Of a stretch of DNA of 64,000 nucleotides, positions 39,830 to 51,400 are shown piece by piece; the first letter of the stretch is position 1, and each line of letters starts with the position of its first letter. The stretch comes from Lama glama (taxonomy: Eukaryota): positions 310,001 through 374,000 of the forward strand of contig CM052817.1 of assembly GCA_028534125.1 (NCBI GenBank). Reading direction: 5' to 3'. A program made the position numbers and the translations under genes. The notes under the pieces were generated by a model. It saw only the letters and a program-made list of their open reading frames with translations. It was not told the origin of the DNA and made no database searches.

Positions 39830-42800
39830 ATATATAATAACACCTTTACTGAAGTATAATTGACACAATAAACTGCACTCTTTAAAGCATATGATTTAAT
39901 AAGTTTTGACAAGTTCATGTCCATGAAACCAAACACAATATAGATAGCGAGCATTTCCAACCCCCAGAAGCTGAGCCGGGCCCCAGCCCAGGCAGCCCCA
40001 GGCCTGCCTCCTGGCACTGCAGACTGACCGACTCTTCCTAGGGTGCTGTGCAGGTGCCACCACACAGCGTCCTCCCACCAGCACAGTCACCAGGGACAAC
40101 TGTCCTTGTTGAGCCTGGACCCTTCGCACGTTTTTACTGCTGACTGTGTCCCGTCCGTGGACCCCAACAGTCCATCTGCCCGGTCACCTCTTGCCGGACA
40201 TCTGGGTAGGTCCCGGTTTGGGGCATCCGAGAACAGAGCTTTGCACCTCCTCTTCTGTTGGGTAAACACCTGTGCGTGGAGCGCTAGGCCCCGAGGCTGG
40301 GTCAGAGGCGCGCTTTGCGCTCTAGCGCCTTGCTGAACTGTCTTCCGGAACGGCTGCGCGGGCTCCGGGCCGAGCGCGTGCGCGTGCGCGTGCGCGCCGC
40401 CTCCCAGGACGGACCCTCGTGCAGGGGTCTGGGTTCTTGCCGCCCTGCCAAGTGCACCAACACTACTCCTTTTGCTCTCTTTTTTTCCTTGTAGATTCCA
40501 TAGAGTGTCTCAGAGCTGATCCTGTCATTTACAAATCATACCATTTTACTTATTTTTTCCCAGTCTGAACCAGCTTGAACCTCCGGCACAATGTTGACCA
40601 ACTGCAGAGGCAGCAAACCCGGGTCTGGTTCTGGTGGAGGGGAAGCCTGGTTCTTCAACGATGAAGTGTCATGTTGGTGGTAACGTTTCTGCAGACGCCT
40701 CTTGCCAGGCTGAGGAAGTCCTTGCCTACGCCCGCTTGCTCAGGCATTTCTGTTTCTGTTTTTTTAAATCGGGGATGGGTGTTGGAATCTGTCCAACTGT
40801 TCAGCCTTTTCTGAATCTGTTGAGATAATCACGTGCTTTTCTGTGTGGATATGGTCAGCTACGTTGATTTTTAAATATTAAACCAAATTTGCATCCTTGG
40901 GATAAACCCCACGTGATCATGATGTATCAGCCTTTCTTTATATTGTTGAATTTGTGAAACAGAGTTTAAAATGTTTTGCATCTGTGTTCACGACAGACAC
41001 TTTTCTGGAGGCTTTCTGTCCTTGTCGTTCTGAGTTTGGCATCAGAGTAACGTGGGCTTCATGGGATGGGCTGGAAGGTGCTCCCTTCTCTTCACTTTTC
41101 TGGTAGTGTTCCTGTAGAATGGGTGTCGTTTGCTCCTGAAATGTTTTGTAGGATTTCTCAGTGAAGCCATCTGGGCCTGGTGTTTTCTTTGTGGGAAGGT
41201 TTTTAACTAAAAATTAAGATTATTTAATAAATATAGTCAGGTTTTCCATTTCTTCCAGAGTGAGCTGTGGTAGTTCTTGCTTTTCAATGAATTTGTCTGT
41301 TTTTTCTAAGGTGTCAGAAGTATTGGCGTAATTCTTTTCATGTATGTACTACTAATATTGCCTCTCTCAGTCCTAATATTGATACTTTGTCTCTTTTCTC
41401 TTTTCTTCCCCCCAGATCCATGTGTAAGGGATTTATCAATGTGATTGATCTCAAAGAGCCAGCTTCTGGCTTCCTGGTTTCCTCTGTCCGATCTTGTTCT
41501 GTTTTGCTGTTTTCTAGCTCGTTGATTTCTAACGTGACCTTTGGCTCCTTCTGCTTACTCTGGGTTTTGTCTCTGCTCAGGTTCTCTGGTCTCTTTGGAA
41601 GGAAACCGCGTCCTGTCTTCTCAGCTCAGCGGTTGGCACTGTGAGTGTCCAGGCACTGCTTTAACTCCATCCCACAGTTTTCCACATGTTGTCTTTTCCA
41701 CTCAGTTCAAAATACTTTTTGATTTTCCTTTTGGTTTCTTCTTCAATGCATGGGAAATTAACGGATAGGTTATTGGTTTGCAAATATTCGAGGAGTTTCC
41801 AGGTATCTTTGGTCAGTGACTTCTAATATAATTCCAATGTGGTCAGACAACATTCTTTGTATGATTTGAATTATTTTAAATATGTTGCCACTTGTGGCTC
41901 ACAAAATGTTTGCCTGTTCTATAAATATCCATTAGGCCCATTTAGCTGATAGTGTTGTTCAAGCTTTCCGTATTCCTGATGAGTCTCTGTCTACTTATTG
42001 AATCGAGAATTGGGAGAGGAGTGTTGAAATCTCTGTGTGGTTGTGGCTCTTCTCGTTTCTCCCGGGTCAGTTCCTGCTTCATGGATTCCTGTCTGCTGTT
42101 GTCGGGTGCATGTACATTTTGGGTTGTTTCATTTTTTCGTGATTTTAGAACATTGTCATTATGAAAAGACCCTATTTATCTCTGATCACACTCTTGCTCT
42201 GAAATCGACTTTGTCTGAGGTTAGCGCTGCCACTGCAGAGTTCTGATTAGTGCTCGCCGATTTTTCTTTTTCTACTCTTTAATTTTTAACCTATTTGTAT
42301 CTATATTTGAAGTCTGTGTAGATGGCTTATAGTTGAATCTTGCTTTTTTTTTTTTTTTACCCTGTCGGGTAACCTCTCTGCCTTTCAATTGGGATGCTTT
42401 GATCATTTACATTTAGTGTGATTATTGATATGATTGGGTTTAAATCTACCTTCTTGCTATTTATCTTGTATTTGTCTCATCTGTTTTCTCCCTTTTTTTC
42501 TGTTTTCTTTTGGATTATTGTTATTTTTAAAATTACTCCCTCTGTCTCTTCTATTGCATTCTTAGTTGTTATTCTTTGCTAGTTTATTTTAGTGGTTGTG
42601 TTAGGATTTATGCCCTCCATTTTCACTTGTCAATGTCTGCTGGTGAGTGAGAGCATACCAGCTCACATGTAGTCGGAGGACCTTACAAACCCATTTCTCA
42701 TCTTCTCCCAGCCTTTGTGCTCCTGTGATCATACATATTCATTTTTCATATGCTGTCAATCACACAATACACTGCTGTTCTTTCTGCTTTAAGCAGATGA

Positions 42801-44590
42801 GTATATTTTAAAGAGACTCAAATCATAAGAAAAGCATTCCCTGCAGTTTCCCTGTCTGGGACCCTTCATGTCTCTGGGTGGCATCTGGCTTTCCTCTGGC
42901 CCCACCTTCCTCTGCTTGGATGACGTTCTTTAACATGTCTTGTGGTATAGATCTGCTGGTGATGAATTCTTCCAGTTTCTTCCGTCTGAAAAATTCCTTG
43001 TTTCACCTTTGGTTTCAAAAGACACTGTTGCTCGTAGAGAATGCAGGTTGATGGGCTCCCTTTCCTTGAATTTTAAAGATATTGCTCTACTGTCTTCTTG
43101 CGTGCATTGTTTTCATTCAGGACATCAACAAAACATCCTTTGTTTGTTTGTTTCTGTATAAAAATGTGGCTTTTTCTCTGGGAGCATCTCAGTTACTCTC
43201 TCTATAGCTGGTCCTCAGCACCCCGAGAAGTGTTACAGCTGGCCCTCAGCGCCCCGAGGAGGGCTATGGCTGGCTCTCAGTGCTCTGAGACTCTGAGAAG
43301 GACGCTCCTCGGGGAGTTTTCTTCCTGATTCTTGTGGTTACATTTTCTTGAGCTTTTGGAAACTGTGAGTTTACGTCTTTTATCACATTTTGAAAAATTG
43401 TGGCCACTTTTTCTTAAAATATTTTCTTTTCCACCCTGTCTCCTTTCCCGTGGGGCTACAGTTCCACGTGCATTTCACTACCTGAGGTTGTCCTAGGACT
43501 CACTCGTGGCTTGTTCATTTTTTCAGTGTTTTTTCTCTTTGTTTCCTTGGACAGTTCCTCTTGCTCGGTCTTCAAGATCAGTCTTTTCTTTCCCAGTGTT
43601 CTAATGACCCTAGTGTCTTTATTTCAGACATTGTAATTCTCATCCCTGCACGTTCAGTTGGAGGTTTTAAAAAGTCTTCCCTGTCTCTCCTTAATATGCT
43701 CAGTCTTTGCTCTGACACCTTGGACAAACAGAAGACAGTAAATGTGTTGGTGTTCTCACCTGCTAATCTCATCATTTCTGGGTTCTTCCTGACTGTTTTC
43801 CCCTCTGTACTGGTTTTAATTTCCTGCTTCTCTTCATGCCTGGGGATTTTTGGTTGGATGTCAAACATTGTGTATTCTGCCTTATTGGGTGCTGGATAGT
43901 TTTGTGTTCCTATAAATAGTCTTGCATTTGTTTCTGGGATGTAGTTAAGTGACTTGCAAACAGTATGGTCCTTTAGGTCTTGTTTTTAAGCTTTGCTGGG
44001 CCGGACAAGAAATGCATTGAGTCTAGAGTTGATTTGTCCCTTCTACTGAGGCAAGACCCTTCTTTGTACTCTAATCAATGCCCCTTGAATGACTAGGTTC
44101 TCAATACTGACTGTTGGATGCAGACATCTTTCCTGCTCTGTGGACTCCCATCCTTCTGGGTGGTTCTTCCCCATCCTTGGGTGGTTCCTTTTCATTCTTA
44201 GACTGATCTATAGTCAGCTGAAGCCTTGAGGATGAGGGACCCTCTGCGGGTCTCTGGGGCTCCTTCTCCACACAGCTCCTTCCTCTCCAGGACTCTGCCC
44301 TATGAACCCTGGCTACCTTCCCCTGCCAGGACTCCCCCTCCCTCTGGACTCTGCCTGGGTCCCCACTCCCGGCACTGCACCCTGGAAGGCAGGGAGTGGA
44401 GACAACCATAAGGCCCCCTTCATTTGTTTCCTGTCCCACAAGGACCACTGTCTCTTGTTACATGATGTCCACTCTTGGGTGCTGTTTTTCACGTAGTTTA
44501 TCTCTGACTTTTTTTTATACGTGTGGAGAACATGTAAACTGGTGCCTGCCACTTCATCTGGAGCTGGAGCTTCAGTTCCCTGCCAGCACT
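39830..44590 (-). mobile_element. Cluster of old L1 (L1M) fragments: 3' UTR, ORF2 and ORF1/5' remnants
   Basis: AT-rich block unlike its flanks; ctttactgaagtataattgacacaataaactgcac (L1 3' end, antisense), gtgaagccatctgggcctgg (ORF2, antisense); no intact ORF. Confidence 0.85.
40374..40397. repeat. (GCGCGT)n alternating purine-pyrimidine tract, 24 bp
   Basis: gcgcgtgcgcgtgcgcgtgcgcgc read directly. Confidence 0.85.
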
Positions 44591-45078
44591 TTTCATCGTC
44601 AGACATGTTCCTCTCAGTCCCCACATCTGCCACCAAGATGCCCTCTTTGTGAGGGATGGGGACATGCCTTCCTTGTGGACCCTCACAGGTCCAGCCTCTT
44701 GAAGAGCCTGGCACAGAGCCAGGGTCAGCGTGTCATGGTTGAACGATGACCACGTGGAGGGCAAATGAATACCTCTTCTCGGGCTCACTGTGCAGCCCAG
44801 GTGGGAGACAGAGACTCTGGAATCCCCGCAGGGGTTCTGTGAGATCAGGTTGCAGATGGGGACCGAGACCAGGAGATCAGCTAATTGCCCAAGTCTCAGT
44901 TTTAAAAGGGCAGTATTTGAACCAGTTCCTATTCAAATACTGGCCCATTGTCATGAAGGGGAAGGGGAGCCTGCTGGTTGGAGAGCTTCATGGAGGAAGC
45001 AGCCTTGGAGGTGTGGGAGGCTGGCAAGGCTCTGGGAGGAGAGCCGGCCGCCCTCAGGGACCGCCATGCCCCGCACCT

Positions 45079-45092
45079 CCGCCAGGGGGCAG
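45079..45092 (+). promoter_or_regulatory. Candidate CTCF site
   Basis: CCGCCAGGGGGCAG closely matches the CTCF core CCASYAGRKGGCRS. Confidence 0.5.
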
Positions 45093-45919
45093 CGCGTCCC
45101 CACATAGGGAGGTGGGCCCCAACCAGGACGCATCCTTTCCTGCTCACATACCTAAGGTGTGGGCCATGCCCCCTCGCCCACCTGCCTGGACTGCCACTGC
45201 CACCTGGGGCCGCTCACCTGGCCATGGCCCCTCCCCACCGTTCACCGTATCCCCCACCCGGGCACTGGACTGCCTCGCTCTGGCTCGCTTCCTGCTTCTG
45301 ACTCCCACCCCCACCCCTCCTTGCTTCAGAGCCAGCTTTTCACACACCTGCCACTGGCAGCCTAACTCACCTGTCCGAGCTCTTCACGCTATGGTGGTTT
45401 CTCCCACAAACCTGCCTGCAAAGTCCCAGGCAGCCTTCGTACTAGCCCTGGACCTCTCTACTCATTCTGTCCTGAAGCGCGTGTCTGTGACCCCCAGCGC
45501 TGGCTGCACCAGCCGCAGGTGGGCTCAGGAACCGGCTCTCCTGGCTTCCTTGCCCGCGGAGTCTGACTCCAAGCACAGGAGGCTGCTCAGGTCTGCCTCT
45601 GGGCCATCACTCAGACGTAGGCAGGACAGAGATGGGCCCACCACCATCCACCCACGAGGTGCCCACACCGGCCCAGAGCAGGGTTTGGAAACATGCCTTC
45701 TCACTGGCTTGGGAAGGGTAAGCAGCCGGGGCTTCGATGGGCCCTACACCCTGATGGCTGGCTCTCCCTAGCCCAGCTCTCCTCTGCCTGGGGACCTGTA
45801 CCTGCAACACCTCACCGGTTTCAGTTTTCCCTGGAAGAGGGAACTCCTGAGAGGACAGAGGCTCTTCCAGGCACAGTTCCCAAGGGAATAGCTTGGGCAG
45901 AGCCCAGAGCGGATGGGGG

Positions 45920-46010
45920 GTACTGCAGGGTGGGAGTGGGGTTGGGGTGCTGCAGAGTGGGGGTGGGGCTGGGTGTGCTGCAGGTTGCAAGTGGGGTGGG
46001 GGCTGGAATG
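45920..46010. repeat. Degenerate G-rich tandem repeat (about 25-bp units), G4-prone
   Basis: Repeated g(t/c)(a/g)ctgcag...gtggg(a/g)gtggggNtggg units. Confidence 0.55.
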
Positions 46011-46294
46011 GGCCAGAGTTGAGGTAGGGAGTGGGACAAGGGCAGGACCCAGGTGTGCAGAAGACCATGGGGTTTGTATTGAGGGCAGTGGGGAGCCAGA
46101 AGGGTCAGGATTGTGTTTTAAAATGGCAATTCTCCATTCCAGTGAAGTGACAGTGCAGGGAGAGCAAGGGAGTACCTGGACCACTCATTTAGGCCAGAGA
46201 GGATGGGCGATGGTCAGAGAGACCCTGAGGGATGGCAGCTGGGGAGGCAGGAGAGCCAGTGGGTGCACGTGACTGATCAGGAAAGGGAGGGCAG

Positions 46295-46515
46295 TGGGGC
46301 AGTGTAGAGAAGGGTCCACAGTGGAGCTGGACTCCACAGCGCGTGGTTCCAGTCCTAGACGTGCCAAGTGCTGGCTGGGAAATCTTGGGTAAGTTGCCAA
46401 CTTTCTCTGTGCCTACATTTCTTCTCTGCACAGGTGACAGCAAGACACTTGCCTGGCTGTGAGGGTTAAAGGCGGCACTGTGTGTGGTGTTCTCTATTTA
46501 TAATGATTATTAATG
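46295..46515 (+). mobile_element. MIR SINE
   Basis: MIR core tcttgggtaagttgccaactttctctgtgcctacatttcttctctg and gctgtgagggttaaa. Confidence 0.65.
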
Positions 46516-46879
46516 TCCTTGTGTTCCTATCACTAGTGGGTGAGAGGCGGGAAGCCGCTAGGGGGGAGGTGGGAACATACCTCCCCCCCACCCCCGTCAA
46601 GGGGAACAGGTAAGCCGGGCGCCAGGGCAGGACCTCTGTGCCCCACGTCACCCAAGACCTGACCCCTCCCTGGAATGGCTTGGGGCCGGAGCGGAGTCTT
46701 GGATCTCCTCTCTGCTCCCAACGACTCCCTGGGGCTCAGACCTCCAGACCCTGACCGCCCAGTTGGGATCGAGGCTGGCTAGAGGATAGATGACCGTGGG
46801 CTCAATCAGGGCCAGGTCTGGAGGTGCGGAGAATGTTGGTGGCCTGAGGTTGGGGGCTCTGACACGGGCGCTAATGGGT

Positions 46880-48430
46880 ACAGGTGTGAGGTGGACGCCG
46901 CAGGACGTGGAGGTGCGCGAGGCGGGGCTGGGCCAGGGCGGGGCGGATGGCCTGGGGGCGTGGCCAGACAGGCGAGGTGTGTTAGGCGGGGCCAGAGGCG
47001 GGCCAGGGCCGTGGCGTGGCGGGCCCTGTTGGGGCGTGGCTGGGCCAGGGGCCGACAGGGGCGGTGCGGGGGCGGGGCCTCGCCGTGGGGAGCCGCCCCG
47101 CCCGCTGGCCGCCCGCACAGCGAGGGTTAAGGCCAGGAGCCAGGCGGGAGGGGCAGGCGCGCGCGTGGATTGGTGGAAAGTTTGGGCGCGGGGCGGGGAT
47201 ATGGGCGGGGATATGGGCGGGGTTTAGGGCGGGGCTCGGCAGCCGCGGCGCACGGATTGGCGGGAAGTTGTGTCGGGGCGGGGCGCGCGGCGGGCTCGGC
47301 GCTCGCTCCGGGAGAGTTGACAAAGCCCCGCAGGGAAGGACGCCTCGCGGCGCGGCGCCCCGGGCCCCTCGCCCCGCCGCCCCGGGACCCCGGCCCCCGG
47401 ACCGACCCCGCCGCCCGCCCTGCCCACGGCCCCGGCCCCAGGCCCTGGTCCCGGCCCCGGCCCCGGCCCGAGCCGCCCGCGCCCAGGTAGCGCCGCCCCG
47501 TCCCGAGGCCGGGCCCGGGGGCGCAGGGCGGCGGGGTGCGGCGCCCGGGGCGGCGATGACCTCGCAGCGCGCCCCGCGGGCCCGGCCCTGAGCCCCGCCG
47601 CCCGCGAGTCCCGCCGAGGTGAGCCCCTCCGCGCGCGCCGGCGATCCTGGGGGCAGACTGGGAGGGGAGGAACGGGGGCCGGGGCCGGTGCCGGGGCCAG
47701 GGGCGGAGGCGGGGGCCGGGAGCGCCCAGGTCCCTGCTCCGCGGTCGGGGACCGCACCGGCACGCGCCGCAGCTCCCGCCGGGCCCGCGGTCCTGCCTGC
47801 GCCCCGCCCCCGCCCCTGCACCCCACGTGCCCCCCCCAGCGCAAATTTGTCCGCTAATGGCGCAGGCGATTATCTTCGGGGCCGCCGGTGTTGTGTGTCC
47901 CGCGGGCAGGGCCAGAGTTACAAGCGCCAGGAATCCAGACGGTGTTTGGAGGGGGGGCGAGGGAGGCCGGTAATTAGTGTAAACCCTTTGTCTGCCTTTG
48001 ATACCCACGGTTCCCCCGCCGCTGCTTCCTCTGCCCGGAGCGCCCGAGGGAAGGCGGGGCGGCCCGCATCCCTATCCCCGCGGCCCAGGGCTGGAGTGCT
48101 AGCGGCTCCCGGGCCCTAGGCCGGGGTGTGAGGTGCATGGAGACCCCCACCCCCACGCCAGAGACCGGCCTCTGAATACCCCCAGGTCCGCACAGGCCGA
48201 GATGACGCCGAGCCCCGCGTTGCTGCTGCTGCTGCCGCTGCCGCTGCTACTGGGGGCCCTCCCGCCGGCCGCCGCCGCCCGAGGTGAGTCCTGGCGCCCA
48301 GCCCGGCGCCCCGGCCTCTGCCAGCGCCGCCCCTTTCCCTCCGGCCCTGAACCCTGCCACAGTGCCCGCCTGGCGCGCGTACTTGTGCCCCGCCCCTGCC
48401 GGCCCCGGGCTGTTCGGCCCCTCGCAGTTT
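46880..48430 (+). promoter_or_regulatory. FGFRL1 CpG-island promoter covering exons 1-2
   Basis: Extreme GC/CpG density; tandem GC boxes 47191-47234; two ATTGG (reverse CCAAT) boxes near 47169 and 47256. Confidence 0.85.
47290..47618 (+). other. FGFRL1: FGFRL1 non-coding exon 1 (start approximate)
   Basis: Ends at donor GAG|GTGAGC (47618/47619) and would splice to the acceptor before 48186, giving GTCCGCACAGGCCGAGATG. Confidence 0.65.
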
Positions 48431-51400
48431 GGCTCCTCACTGGCCGAGCCCCCCTCACCCTTAAGGCAGCCCAGCTCACTTGTGGGCCCCCCTCACCCGT
48501 GGGCCCGTCTCACCCACAGCTCACACACTGGGCACCCCAGCTCACCCGTGGGCTCTCCTCATCTATGGGGTGTCCCCAGCTCACCCACAGGGTTCCCACT
48601 CACCTTCAGGGAACCCGCAAGCTCATGTATGGGGCCCCATGCTTGCTGGCAGGGTGGGCTCTGGCCCCAGTTCTCCTCAGGACTCACATGGCCACACACA
48701 CATGCCTACAGCTGAGGGCAGCTGCTGACCTTCAGCTCTTGGGGGATGAGCTGTTTAGCCCCCAGTGGGCCAAATTAGGCCTCTGGTAACCTGCAGAGAC
48801 CCCCATGGTGACCAGGGTTGGGGGTGAGGACAGTGGGAATATTCTTGTTGTCTGAGACTCACAAACCATCTCTGTGCCCTAAGAATGCCCCAATCTAGGA
48901 AGGCACAGGGTGAGGGCTGGGGAGCTGAGTACCCAGCACGAGGGGTCACTGCAGTGTCAGGTGGGGAGCCTGTCTTAAGGCAGACCCTGAGACCACCTAC
49001 TTCAGCCTAGACACTGTCTCCCGGCGTGTGCCATACCAGGGCCTGGACATGGGCTCACACACCTGCTGTGCAAGTGGGCAGGCTCGGATGCCTCTGGAGG
49101 GACCCCTGCCCCTGCACCCAGCCCCAGCAAGGGGCATCCTCAGCTGGTGGGTGATGGGTGATGCGTGTCCGCAGACTCCCACCGCCATGTTCAGTGCTGG
49201 CCTCCCTCAGCTAGGCGGGCCCTGTGGCCGGGCCGGCCCTTTGGGTGTGTTGACCACTCAGGATCGTCCCTGCCCTGTCCACCAGTCCTTAGAGGTTTCG
49301 CACCCCTCCCCCGCCGCCCAGCGGGCGCACTGAACCCAACCTGGCCTTATATGGCCATGTTCGGGTGTGGGGTGGCGGGCGGTGGCCCAGGTGGGCCTCA
49401 TGCCACAGTACCTCCCCGCCAGCCCCGCCGGGGACTGGCTGGCTGACTTGAGGGTGGGGGCTGCCCAGGCATGGCTGCAACGGGCAGCGTCCAGGGCACT
49501 GCGGACACTCAGGTCATGCCCAGTAAGGCCCCCACCCGGTGGCCGGTGACTGGCAGCCGGCGGCCTGGACTCTGATTCCTGTTTTATCTGCTTGGACTTC
49601 CCAATCCCCGCACCTGCCTGTCCTCTGGCCACTTGGCCAGGGAGGCTCTGGAAGCCACTGTTCTGGCCTGGTCATTGGCTGAAGCCTGAGATGGAGCAGT
49701 GGATGGCAGTGGACAGTCGGGCCTGCCTCGGTGCCGAGGGTCCTCGGAGGGGCCAAACCCTGCTCTGTGCCCCTTGGCTGAGGCCTTGGGGCTGCATGGT
49801 GAGGGCCCCGGCAGCAGTAAGGAGGTGGGAGCTTAAATGCTTTCCAAGGGCAAGGGCCTCTGTGGCTTTGGGGGGTGTGCTGTTCCTGAATTGTGCTGGC
49901 TTCTCCTCCAGGCCTGGACTTGAAGGTGGAGCTGTTTCAGACGCCCCCCTCCTTGGCGGGTGTTCAGGCTGAGTGTGGACCTTCAGGCTGGTGAAGCAGC
50001 GCAGAGAGAGTTCGTTCGGTGGTTTTTCGAAAGCCGTTTTCCCCATGGTGTCACAGTTTCTAGAATCGACACATTTCTAGACGCAAATCATATTTTTAAA
50101 GTTCCCCTTTTCCCAAAGTTTCACAATCTTGGTGAGTTTGTCTTAAACTTTTTTTTTTTTCAAATTTGGAAAAAGATAGAATTCGGCTTTCTTCGTTTCC
50201 GTTTTATTTCTCACAGTGGGAACATGAGAGGTTCAGAACGACATACCTTTTACAAATAACTTTGGAAGACATTGTTTCAGGGTCTTCTGAGAAGTTCCAC
50301 GTTTGAACTTTTCTGAGGATGGTCTCTGAGCCGCCAGCCCTGAAGGCCCCTCCCTGGTCCCCTGGGCCCGGCCGGGGTGTCCTAGGCGCCTTGCCTCCAG
50401 CAGGATGGCACAGCCTCAGGGCCCACCTGCCTCTGTGTTGTGAAGGGTCTGCGGTGTGTGTGATTCAGCGGGGAGGCGCGTGGCAGGCAGGATGGCTATG
50501 GTGCTGTGCCTGTACGCTGGCTGACCTCAGCCTCTGGCCAGGCTGCAGGGGACCCCCTCCCATCTAGGCCCTCCAGCAGCAACAGCCATTGTGTGGCCAG
50601 GGCCGAGGTGGACATGTGGGAGCCTGGCCCGGGCTCTGTGAGGTGAGGATTTGGGCCAGCAGCCCCATTTACGTCTTGTCTTGGGCCCCACTCCTGGAAG
50701 GGAAAATAAATCACTGTCCCCTCTGGGGGGAGGAGGGAGCCGTGAACAAAGTTGCCTTTGGCTGAGCCTGGAAACATGACCGCAGGCTCCTTCTCCATTG
50801 TTCGGGGATCATGGGCCTCCAGCTCCTGCCAGCACCACAGCCCCAACCCGGAGATGTGGGTTTTCCCCAGCAGTGGCCTCAGCCCCAGCATTGCCGGCCC
50901 AGCTCAAGCACTGCTGACGGTGCTGGGGGAGGCGGGGTATGGCCCCACAGGCCAAATCCTGGCTCCTGGCCACCCCCTGGCCATGTGTCCTTCGACATTG
51001 GCCTCCTTGTTCCTCATCTGGTGTCTGCAGTCCAGGTATGTCCAGGTGGCAGCTCTGTGAGCAAGATCAGCATGTGGAAGGGAAGCGTGCCTGGGCCTCT
51101 GTCCCCAGACTCCATAGACGCCCCATCCAGGGCTGCCACCCTACCTGCCCATCACCTGCTCTTCTGAGTGGTGGACGTTGGGTGCCCCTGGCTCCTCTTG
51201 GGTCCCAAGGAGAGTTGGAGCTGCTGTCCTGGGCTCCCTCAGGTGGGGCTGCAGCGCAGCGTCCATGGTCCGGGATGTCTGGAGGAAGGTAGGGGAGAGA
51301 CATGGGCTCATGAGGCCAGGATGGGCCTGGAAGGAGAGGTGGGTGCTGGTCAAGGGAGGAAAGACCTTCAGCTGGGGGGATGTTGTGGGCAGCTCACCTT

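Noticed and set aside
44746-45771. 341-aa ORF upstream of FGFRL1
   Set aside because: No domain or supporting gene structure; likely chance.
46982-48008. Overlapping Gly/Ala/Pro/Arg-rich ORFs on both strands
   Set aside because: Artefact of the FGFRL1 CpG island.
48445-48610. CRISPR-like repeat-spacer array
   Set aside because: Mammalian intron, degenerate units without unique spacers, no cas genes.
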